Assembly: GCA_964057225.1 (NCBI GenBank)
Contig: OZ059897.1
Coordinates: forward strand, 11,656,001-11,720,000
Length of the DNA: 64,000 nucleotides
Reading direction: 5' to 3'
From: Auanema rhodensis
Taxonomy: Eukaryota; Animalia; Nematoda
Shown here: piece by piece, positions 13,016-24,215 of the stretch
Position numbering within the stretch: position 1 is the stretch's first letter
Layout of the letters: the number at the start of each line of letters is the position of its first letter
The notes under the pieces: model-generated
Databases searched by the model: none
Told to the model about the DNA's origin: nothing
What the model saw: the letters and a program-made list of their open reading frames with translations, nothing else
Program-made: the position numbers and the translations under genes

Positions 13016-14382
13016 GTTATCTATAGTATCTGGAGTAGTTGGCTAACTGAAGTTGAATACTCAACTTATTATTTTGTTTATAACTTTATTTATTATCTTT
13101 CTTTTCATCATAATCATTTAGTATATATATATAATATATGTGAAAACTTTATAAAAAAACATTTTATTTATTTATTGAATATACTTTAAGCCAATAATTT
13201 GATGAGCAATGAGTAGAATCAGAATCAACCATTTACTTTATATGCCATATAATTATTTATTACTATATGTATATAGTATATATATTTATATTCATATATA
13301 TATATAGTTAGGTATATATATATATATGTTTTTTTACTTCCTTTCCCTTAAATGTTTTATAAGGTTCACTTGAGGTTCTCTTGTCTAGAAAATTGCTTAT
13401 TCCAACTTCCTTACCCACTTTCCATCTCTCTCTCAATCCCTCTATCTTATTTCATTTCTCTCTCTCTCTCTTTTTATTTCGTTGAGGGTACAGACTTTCA
13501 CTGATTACAGATGAGAACTCTAATTCTGACCTTTAAAATGTTTTCAAAATCAAATATAAAATGAAAATTGGTTTGGTTAACTTACTCAAACTATTTTCTC
13601 GAGTTCAACCAGCATTCAAACATTTTTCTTAAAAACTATTGAGGTGCAAGACATTGAAATCAATTGACTTTGACATCATTCAACATCTTTTTACTTTGCA
13701 AATATCAAAGCCAAACTTTCTTTTGTTTAAAAGTCTAATTACAACTTTTTCATGCTGTTTTCTTTTATTTTCTGCTGTGCGTTTATTTTAATAAAAAAAG
13801 AAAATCACATTTTTTTACATTTCTACGATCATTTTTTTGGATTTTTCATTCACATGTAACTCAGTGGGTCAATTTTTGCTTCCACGCTTTCACGCATATG
13901 AGTTTTGTGTTTTGTGAACCTGAAATTATGAAAAAAAAACTTTTTTTTCATATTTTCTTCACATTTTCCTAACATTTTCTCACATTACTATGTAGTTGTG
14001 TTTATTAAATACATGTTCATCTACAAGCATTTCATTCATTTCTTCTCTTAAAAATAAGATTCAAATTTTAATTTATATCTTTACTTAATTCCCATTTCAA
14101 ATATTATTAAGAAATGACAATAATAAGAATTCATAGAATTCTATATTCTTTAAACTGAATTCCTTATCTTTATTTCTCTTAAATATTAATATATAATATA
14201 ATATTATATATACTGAACTAATAAAAAGTAAAACTAAGCCGAGAAGAATATTAAGAAGTGAATAGCTATTGAAATCATATTAATATGTTTAACTTTATTA
14301 TTATTTTATATTTATATACATAGTATATGATATATTATATTTTATTATAATTGAATATGTTTCAGAATTATTTCAACCAAAA

Positions 14383-14978
14383 ATGGCATTCAACTCTACA
14401 GTTATTCTTTCTATTTTTCTAATTCTTGTTATTTCCTCTACATATGAAGCAAGAGTTGTAAAGGTTGGTATATGTATAAATATGTTTATATTGTTTTATA
14501 TTTTCAAAATAAAATGTACTTTTACATATAAAAATTTATTTTTATAATAGGTTTTAATTCCTCATTCTATTTGCAGCAAGTTCAATTATCTCGAGATATG
14601 CCATCATGGAGATCTTCTGTTCGTGTTCGCCAAGTAAGCATTTTCCTTTTTTTTTTTAATCAAAAATATATAATTTTGAATTGATTAATGATATATATAT
14701 ATATATATATGAAAGATATTCATCATATATTACTATTATAGTTATTTCTTTTATGTTTTAAATGATGAATATCAATTCAAAAACAACAAAGATTTCATTG
14801 TTAATAGGGGAACAGAGATTTTTCAACTTTGCTAATTAAGTAGTTTCAGATTCAGGGAAACTTCCCTCGACTCTCATCATTTCATGAAGGTGGATCTCGA
14901 CCACAACTATTTGGAAAATGGTTCAAGAGACAACCAGAAGAAGACAACTTTGATGATTCTGCCATTGAATCATATTAA
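14383..14978 (+). CDS. 88-aa secreted peptide, candidate neuropeptide precursor (3 exons)
   Basis: Exons 14383-14463, 14577-14633 and 14850-14978 (all phase 0, GT-AG) give MAFNSTVILSIFLILVISSTYEARVVKQVQLSRDMPSWRSSVRVRQIQGNFPRLSSFHEGGSRPQLFGKWFKRQPEEDNFDDSAIESY. Signal peptide, KR site, acidic tail. TTTCAG 17 nt before the ATG; AATAAA at 15182. Confidence 0.75.
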
Positions 14979-15625
14979 TCACATGAATAGATTTAACTTT
15001 TACACTAATTTTCCATAAATTATGTAAAAGTTTTTTCTTTTTCAAATCGAATCTTTGTATTTAAAACATTGAAAAAAAATTTTTTTTTCTTATGTCATAT
15101 GAAGCTAACATTCATTTGAATTGTTTAACCATATTCTTTATATTTAATTTGAAAATGATAATGGGCCCAGCAAAACACAACAATAAACATTTTGTTTCTC
15201 TCTTAATCTGTTTATTTGTCGAGATGAGAGACGATAAATTGTTTCAAGAAATTGAAGTCGATGTGTAAAAACAACCACTGAATTGAATATTAATGTGAAA
15301 AGATTATTCCCTGACACTGATACCGAATGTCTTCTTCCAATTACATATCTAGTTGGTTCGTAATTGCCTTAGTTATAGCACTATGTGATGCGAAGCAAAT
15401 GTTAACCTTCTTCCGAAAGAGACAAATGCTCAATGTCAAGAAGCTAAGTATTGAACTAATTAGTTTGCCAGAATCCATATTGACACTCGGTTATATTTTC
15501 GTTTAGGATAAGCATTTGCTTTATATTTCTAACAAAAATATTTATTTCGCATACATGTCAAATTTGTCTTTCATATGATATACCATATTTCATTTTTGCT
15601 TGTTACTAAGAATAGTTTCAGTCTA

Positions 15626-15875
15626 ATGCTTACGAACGATCTACCCTATGCTCATAAGGTTGCATTAAACACGAACTTAATTCGTATGAATATTAATAGC
15701 AACTTTTCTCATATCAACAGGTACATGAAATATCAAAATGTAGAAAACAATTGACATTTCTTTGTTTTTTTATTTCCAGATATCATATCTCTATTCTTCA
15801 AATTCGTCGAAATGGAGAAGAATTGAATGCAAATGATGAATATAAGGATGAGTTAGTTGTCCTTTTATTTCGATA

Positions 15876-15950
<75 letters not shown>

Positions 15951-18900
15951 CTCGGTCGCTCTAATACTTATTCAACAAATCCCAATGAAATTATAATCAT
16001 TTTAGTTATTCAAATCATATAAGACAACAAGCATTATATCATTTAATGCAATATGTGACTCAAACGCGAATAGAATTATTCGGAAGCAATTGGAGAGAAA
16101 ATATCTATGATTATGATTCAACACTTTATTCAGTTGGATGTAAAATAACTGAAGAACAAGGGTCCGTACCAATCATCTTGACAGAGGTTTCCGGTTACAA
16201 TAAGTGAGATAATTTTCCCCCTCAAATCTTTTAAGGAAATAAGTCGCATGAAGGATTCGTTTAAGAAATATTTCCGGTTTGCTATTAAAATTATACTTAA
16301 AATAACTTATATTGGAAAGGTATGATATTATTATGTATAAAATATTATAATAATAATAATTTTGGATTGATATTCCTAAAAATATGGAGAATATGAATGA
16401 AGAAAACAAACATCAGTTAATTGAATTTTATATTTGTGTTATAAATCAATATTTTCTTATTAGAAAGTAAGTTTATTTATTTATTATCTTCAAGACAATA
16501 ATATTTTCAGTGATTATATTTGTTTCTCAAATAATTATTTTGAAAAAGATGAACTCGATGAAAAAATGGTTTTCAATGCTTTACCCAAAATGCCGACAAA
16601 TCGTGTAAATGCGAGAAAAGAAAAGTTTTTTCCTGATGATCCAAGAATCAATCTGTATAACAACAATGATTTCCCTAATGATGAAATAGAGAAACTACCT
16701 TATCAAGCTTTTAATAATAATTTGATGGAACAACAATTCAATCACATTAATCAATATGAAGAAATATGTGAAACTTATAATATTCCTACCTATTATTGCT
16801 ATAATAATGGATTTAATACAACGTTCACAGCAAGTGATGTAGCATCTGAAGGAAGTTCTCGAGCATCAGATGATACTAGAACACCCGGAGATGATAAAGT
16901 TTTTAATAGGAAAGGCATTGAATTGAAAAATGGTTTTGAATGTAATTGCAAGTAAGTTCAATAAATAAATAAATTATATTATTGATTTTATATTATTTTT
17001 AATAGATTTCTTCGAACTGGAAGTCAGTTGAGTTTCTTTCTTGAAATTCACCAAAAGATAAATGCATTTTACAAAGAGCAATCTTTATTACATTTTATGC
17101 AACAATTCTTTAATCTTGATGACAATATCAAAGATTATCTTCAAAACGCAGAAATCATACAGAAAAAGATTAAAGGTAATAATAATTATTTCTTATATAA
17201 CATATAAATTAATTTACGTATTAGATAACACTCAAAATAAATTTTGAATAGAATATTTGAATAAATTTTTAAAACAAAAGATTCTATTTGAAATTACAAA
17301 TAAATATTTTGAAGCAAATTTCAAATATCATCGAAATCAAAGATGATTTTTGAATCTCGTCATACAAACGAAATAATAGGGAAGCTTTTTGTTTCTTAAA
17401 AAAAAGAAACATAACAAACAATTTTAATGAATTGTTTCTTATTTAAAAATTTTTTGACTTTTTTTCAGATATTGCTACAATAAATCTTGGTTGTCGAGAC
17501 ATCTGCTTTCCAGAAATAGAAACAGGATATTCATCTTCACAGTATATTTTTAATTACAAAGGAAAAACAACAACAATTAAAGAATATTATGAAAGTCGTT
17601 ACAACTTGCAAGGATGGTAAAGAATTTTATATTGAAAATTATAAAATTTATAATATATTTACATATTTAGTGACTTACTATGTAAAGAAAAAACAAATTA
17701 TTCTTGTCTGATTCCTGCAAATTTGCTATTAATTCCTGCAGGTCAACGTCTTAGAGCTGATGTACTGAGTAGTGCAATGGTAGCTATTGTGATATGAAAT
17801 TAAAACAAAAATTTATTTATTCTACTTTAGAATCGGAAAATACAATTATATAAATTGCATCCATTTGTATATAGGAGTAATATCATAAGTTTCATGGAAA
17901 ATTCTGGAATAGTACAAGCAGACAATGAACTTTTGAATGTTTTTGGGGTTATAGAGTTTAATAATTTATTGTTTTATATGCATATTCTTTTAGATTAATA
18001 TGGAACCAACGCTATATTCAGTCCAAGCAGAAGTACTGTATGCACCAGCCATTTGTTATGGAAACACGTAAACTTCTTTTTATATTTGAGCATTCACAAC
18101 AATAGCTATAGGGTAGAAGAGCCTGGAAATACTGGCTTCGTGGATGAAGCACTGACTCATAGACCACAGCAGTACTTCCGTCCTTCTATACTAAACGCTG
18201 ATATAGCTGTTATAATCTTAGATAACGCAATATCATCTTATGAAGCCAAGTAATTACCTTTTTCAAAAGTAATTAAGATCAATAGAAATATTTTATTTAG
18301 ATTATGCTTCGAAAAACTTATGAAATTATGCTCTGAATATGGACTTCGTCATTCAGGAAAAGTTATGTATTTCGAAGAATCGAGTAAAGATTGTTCAAAA
18401 ATTGAATCTTATATTAATAAGTAAAATATAAATCAAAATATAGTTAAATAATGAATAATGAAATTCAGGACATTTGTACAGTGTCAAAACACAGGATTTT
18501 TTGTTTTTATTGGAAGACGAAAGAATGATGCTTTTCGAGGTTGACTAGTTTCAATTTTAAAAAAATTATATATTTCAGATACTGTATTATTGTATGAAAA
18601 TACAGTACCAACATTATATATTGTTGGACAAACTTTATTTCAATGTGAAGAGAATAATACTGTAAAATTTATTTTTTATTGCAAAATACTTAATATATTC
18701 AGCATTCTATAAACCTAGCTATGAGAATAAATTTAAAATTAGGAGGAATCAACTGTAGTATTATGCCTCCTGAAATTTTAAAAATTCCTGACAGGTTTTA
18801 ATTATTTTTATTTCGTTTTATTATTCTGAAAATTTGCAGACACAATTATTTTAATAACAAAATGTTTATTGGTTTAAACATGTATAAACCAAATATCACA

Positions 18901-19961
18901 TGTAATGAAGAAATACAGAAAATTCCATCAGTAATAGGAGTAAGTCAATTAATTTCAATATAGTTAGTAAAACTTAATAAAAGCATAGATGGCATTTACA
19001 AATAAATTCCCAGCTCAATTAGAAGGATCATATTGGTATCAAGAATCTTCATATAACATCATTGTGTGAGTTTTTACATTTTTTTTAAATTTAATTTATT
19101 TTTTGTATTAGAAGACTAAGAGAAGTTACTATGCAAGCATTATATCAATATACTCAACATATGAATGAACTTCCAACAGAAATTATTCTTTACCGATGTG
19201 GATATTCACCGGAAGATGTGAATGAAATCAATGAAGAGATAGAACAAATTGATGAAGCTTGTAGCTTACTAGCTGAAACTCTTGGTATGAATAAGCCGAA
19301 GATTATTTACATACTTCTTAAAGAAAATCAAAATATGTGGTAAAATATGATCATAATTTCAGTTTTGCAATTTTTAATATTTTAGGTTATTTCAAGAGAG
19401 TCCTCACTATCATAAAGTATCACCAGGAACAGTTTTATTCAATGATCTCTTGGATAGTAAATATAAAGATTTCATATTGAAATCTACAAATACATTATCA
19501 GTTAAATATAATATTAATATTAATATTTGATATAATTTTTAGGGAATTAATTCAATGCCATATAGATATACTATATTAAGAGATGATTATAATACTAATA
19601 TAAGAACAATAGCTTATATAACGTATTGGCTTTGTTTTACTGATCAGGTAAATAGCAACATCACAGTTTTCTTCATTTCTCTTTGTTTAAAGGGAACAGC
19701 AATATGCTCTAAACAGCCATATGTTTTGCAACAGGCTCACGATTTATCAGTCAGAGGAAATACTATATGGAAGTCTCATATGTAAATTATTGTCAAAATA
19801 TACTTACTATGTATTTTTTTTTAATATTCAGAAATTATCAGGAAGATGCAACAAAAATGGGATATACAAATGATATCAATTATACAAACGAATATGATGA
19901 AAGCTTCTTTGAAAGAAAGTCAGTAGATTTTGGACCCAGTATTAATGGACATTTTTGGTAA
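15626..19961 (+). CDS. Divergent worm-specific Argonaute (WAGO-type); 5' end uncertain, possible extra exons from 15224
   Basis: N domain KVALNTNLIRM..RYHISI and IYDYDSTLYS; L1 GIELKNGF and INAFYK; PAZ TIKEYYESRY..IPANLLLIPAGQR; L2 FGINMEP..AEVLYAPAICYG; PIWI MRINLKLGGIN, MFIGLNM, LPTEIILYRCG, VSPGTV, YRYTILRD, TYWLCF, AHDLSVRG; ends GHFW*. Confidence 0.85.
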
Positions 19962-20315
19962 ATGTTATGTTAAGTGTTATGTTTGAAAAGAAATCTATTT
20001 ACTTTTGTTTGTTAATAAACATTTTTACTGCAATCTTAAAGACCATTTTTTAAAATTATTAATTTCAAAAATTGGGAAAAAAAAGTAATAATGAATAATT
20101 TAATATTATAATAAACCTGGACACGATTAGACAAACTAATTGCCTGTTCTCTGATAATTAATCACCATCTGGTTATTTAGTAATCTTTTATTGTAGATAT
20201 CTCGTAGATAAATCTCAATAAACATTACCAAAGCGTATAAAATAAAATTCATAACAAGTAAAAAATAACAATTTTCAACGAAAACAACAAACAAAGATAT
20301 AACTTATCATTTAAA

Positions 20316-21273
20316 TCATTTCTTTTTTGAAGAATCTTTCTTTTTTCTGTTGAAGTTTTTCTTACCACTAGTACCGCGAACCTTTTTCGCTTCTCTCGCT
20401 TTGATATCATTAAATCTGAAAAAACACATAGGTAAGTAGAGAAAATTGATATCATCATTCTTACGCTTTTCTCTTTTTCTGCTGAAAGTCCATATCTGCT
20501 AATAATTCATCAACCATATTGTTTTTCCTCTCAGCTTTAGTCATTCGTCCACTATAATAGTCTTCTGGTGCATCCACAACTCTACCAACCTGCATATTAT
20601 GAAATGAGTATTGCTCTGTTAAGTGTACAAACTTGGAAATATTTCGGTAGCTTATCAGTATCATTTTTTCTATAAAAGGCTAATGGATCAAGAGCTCTTC
20701 TCATCTGCAGAAGTTCAAGATCCATGCGCGCTTCTTCTGTCAACTCTGTTGCTGGCATGTCAAACCATTTCTTTCCTGCTGTTTTCTCCAATTCAATCTG
20801 AATTAAAATAACTTATTATAAACGGCGCATTGAAACCAAAAACCTTATTTTGTCTTTTAATCGCCCTTCGACCTGATGGCTTCTCACAAGGATTTTTTTC
20901 TAATCCAGGATGACACACTGCTTTTGATAATAACTGAAAACAAATATACATTTAAGGTTCTCCTATACACTTCACAGACCTTTTCTAATTTTTTATCTCT
21001 TGGTTGTTCTATTGTTACTATAGGTTTCTCAACTTCATCTTTTTCTTCTGGTCTATCCTCACCAGCGGTATCGAAAACAAAAAAAGAGTCTACATCCTAA
21101 AATGAATAATTAAATATTTTCATTTCATTAAAAAATTAGCTTACCACTTTACTGGATCCCTGTTTAGCTCTGAAAGAGCTTGGCACAGGTATTGTTTTTT
21201 TTGAACTTTCTTCATTGTCTGATTCTTCTACATCTGATTCCACTACTTTGAACAACTTTTTAACCTTAAGCAT
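20316..21273 (-). CDS. fcf2: Fcf2/DNTTIP2 pre-rRNA processing protein
   Basis: EKTAGKKWFDMPATELTEEARMDLELLQMRRALDPLAFYRKND..LPKYFQVGRVVDAPEDYYSGRMTKAERKNNMVDELLAD is the Fcf2 domain. TTTCAG acceptor 6 nt before the ATG; basic C-terminal tail. Confidence 0.92.
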
Positions 21274-21906
21274 TTCTACCTGAAATGGAGAAATGCTAAA
21301 ACTTGATTTAGTGAATGTTTACAGTTCTTGACAAAATTTATTTTATGTATAAGAATGATAAAAGGAATTAAAAAAATAATTGAACATTTTGAAACATGTT
21401 ATATCGAAAATAAAATAAAAAAAATAAAATAGAATTGCAATTTATAGGTAATAATATTGAATAGTAATGCATAATTTATATAAGAAACAAATTGAGATAA
21501 TTAATCATAGCAATTAGTGGTATCGTGTATCCAATGCTTTTAGAAGAAACGATATCTGAGCCAGTACCCCATATTGCGTCAAGTACGATGCAAGGCTAAA
21601 ACTAAGCCAAGTTTGCTCAATAAATGGCGCAAAATAGAACTATTGAATATTCTCGAATTTTTAAGCGTATTCGCTTGTAAGCATAGTATGCTGATATTAC
21701 ACATTCCATTCTATTATAATATTATATGAATCCAAGTAATACTTTTTTTCAAAATGTTAAAACCCAGACACCCGGATTACCTTTCGATTTAGCCTTCCAG
21801 ATTAAATTGAAATCGTTCTGATATTTTTTTGTAAACCTTTTTAAAATAAATAATAATTCTTAGAGTCTTACTTCTTAAAGGGCTGAAATAAAAAAATCCT
21901 GAAATG

Positions 21907-21936
21907 TTGGCGCGAATTTAGAGCGGGGGATTCGAA
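21907..21936 (+). promoter_or_regulatory. E2F site plus CDE-(4 nt)-CHR-like element in the fcf2/nasp divergent promoter
   Basis: TTGGCGCGAA at 21907-21916, then GCGG-GGGA-TTCGAA at 21923-21936. A second TGGCGCAAAA lies near 21625. Confidence 0.5.
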
Positions 21937-22068
21937 TTTCAACATGGCGTACTTTCATTTACAAGTAGTTCATACAGTCATTCCTTCAGTATTAGTTTGT
22001 GCTCTCTTCTGTGATCTAGTCGGATAACAGATTATCTTTATTTTAACTATCTTTTTTTTAGTTTAGTA

Positions 22069-24039
22069 ATGTCTGCTGTCGAATCTGCTTCCACCGAAAC
22101 TCCAGTGGTTGAAACTCCAGCGGTTGAAACTCCAGTGGTTGAAACCCCTGCAACAGAAACTCCAGTTGTGGAAACCCCTGCAACTGAAACTCCAGTTGTG
22201 GAAACCACAGCATCAGAAACTCCAGTTGTTGAAGCCGTTGCAACCGAAGCTCCCGCTGCTGAAACTGCTGTAGAGACAACTAAGACTACCGATGCTCCAG
22301 AAGTCGCTGTTGAATCTACTACTGAAACCACCGCTGAATCTGTTGCAACTCCAGTTGCATCTACTGATGCCACAAAGACAGAGGAAGAGACCAACACACC
22401 CGTAACAGAAGACTGTGCAGTCGCTGAGGAGACAGAGATTGTTTTAACCAAGGAAGAGTAAGTCTTATTTTTATAAGCGAACGTCATTTTCATTTTTGCA
22501 GAAAAATTACTAAAGCCAAGGAAATCTTCGTAGAAGGCAAGAAACATTATCTTGCTGGAAGTTATGATCTCGCTTCTGAAAAACTTAGCGAAGCCCTTAA
22601 GTTTGGGTATGTAATACATTAAAAAAATAATTTTTATTCTTGTCATTTTAGTGTTGAAGTATTCGGAGAATTCGGTGTCGAGAATTTCCATAACTATTAT
22701 TACTATGGAAAGTCGCTTCTCGAGGTTGGCAGAGCCGAGGACGACGTTTTGAAGACTGCTTTGAAAGATATGCCTCTCACCGAAGAAAATGCTAATGATT
22801 CAATTGATGAGGAGCAGTATGGAAATCCCGAGACTCTCTCAGGTATATTGATGAATATTTTGTTTTTTTATTCTTACAATAGCTGAAGAACGCGAGGAGA
22901 TCAAAGATCAAGTAGACGAAGCTTTGGCTGAGAACGCCAGAGATCTCGAGGTTTGACTATCGGTTTTTTTCGGTATATTTATAAAAATGTTGTTCTAAGA
23001 CTGGAAAGCCTGAAAATGCTGAGGGAACCGTAGATGCACCTGCAACTGAAACTGAAGCTACCACTGAAGTAACCACCGAGGTCACGGCTGAAACTACCAC
23101 AGAGACAGCTGAAAAGACCGCCACTGACGAAGAGCAGAAGGTCGAGGAGGCTGTTACTGAGACTAAAGAAGATGCTGAGATGGAAACTGAGGAAGGTGAA
23201 ACAGCTCCTACTGCTGAGGATGATAACATGGAGGAAGGTAGCGCTGAGGAGGACGATGAAAGTGAAGACCAACCTTCATCCATTCAGGCCGCTTGGGAAA
23301 TTCTTGAGGTGAGGTAGTTTTTTTGAGCGTTTATTTATCTATGCTATTAGGTCGCTCGCAAAATCTGTGATGCTCAGGAACCTACCAAGGACTGGGAGTT
23401 GAGCAAAGCTGATGTCTTGTTGTCTCTTGGAGAATGCTCTGTTGAAGATGAGAACTATACCCAAGCTGTTGATGATATCACTGTTGCCTTGGAGCTTTAC
23501 AAGAAGTACTTGGACACCTCTGATAGAACTATTGCCCGCACCTATGTCATTATGGCTAGAGCTTATAAGCTTAACGATGACTTCCTTGGAGCCAGCGAAC
23601 ATTACATCAAGGCTAAAGAGAGTCTCAGTTCCAGAATTGGTATATTAAGATTAATTTTTTGTCATTTGTCTATATTCATTTAGCTGCTCTTGACACCACT
23701 GAAGCTACCGAGGAGGTAAAGGCATCCAATGAGAAGGAGGTTGCCGAGTTGAAGGAGCTTGTTGCTGACATCGATCTTAAGATCGAGGATGCTAAAGAAA
23801 GTGCTCAACAGAGCGATGAGGTAATCAAGGAAATCTTGTTCATACTATGTTTACAATTTCAGAACATCGCGAGAATCAAGGAGCAGCTCGGACTTAACAC
23901 TGCCAGCGCCTTGTCAGAGAAGACTGATGCCCCAGCTGTTGATATTACTAATATGGTACGCAAAGGAGTTAAGAGAACTGCCGATAGCGCTCAAACTGAT
24001 GAATCCAAACGTCTTAAGGAAATTAACGCTGCTGAATAA
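22069..24039 (+). CDS. nasp: NASP histone H3/H4 chaperone (SHNi-TPR family)
   Basis: [22 protein letters not shown]; [10 protein letters not shown]; acidic insert; AWEILEVARKI; [23 protein letters not shown]; [15 protein letters not shown]; C-terminal [12 protein letters not shown]. Confidence 0.92.
22096..22230 (+). repeat. Coding 15-nt tandem repeat ([10 protein letters not shown] x9) in the NASP N-terminus
   Basis: GAAACTCCAGTGGTT-like units are directly visible. Confidence 0.85.
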
Positions 24040-24215
24040 TTTATATTTTCATCTTGTATATCCGAAATGATCTGATTTTTCCTGTACAATACCGGTTCTT
24101 AAAATATTATAATCGATGTTTGCTGTTTCAAATTTGCAATAGTGAAGCTTTCTACATTACTTTCTTGTTTTTCATTTTGTTGTTCACAAGTATTTAGTAA
24201 GTGGAAATCGGGCGG

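Noticed and set aside
15182-15626. Possible operon linking the peptide gene and the Argonaute
   Set aside because: The Argonaute 5' end is unresolved (15224 vs 15626), and the candidate upstream exons could not be joined in frame.
22047-22691. 214-aa minus-strand ORF (also 22957-23283)
   Set aside because: Antisense shadow of the repetitive, GC-richer NASP coding sequence.
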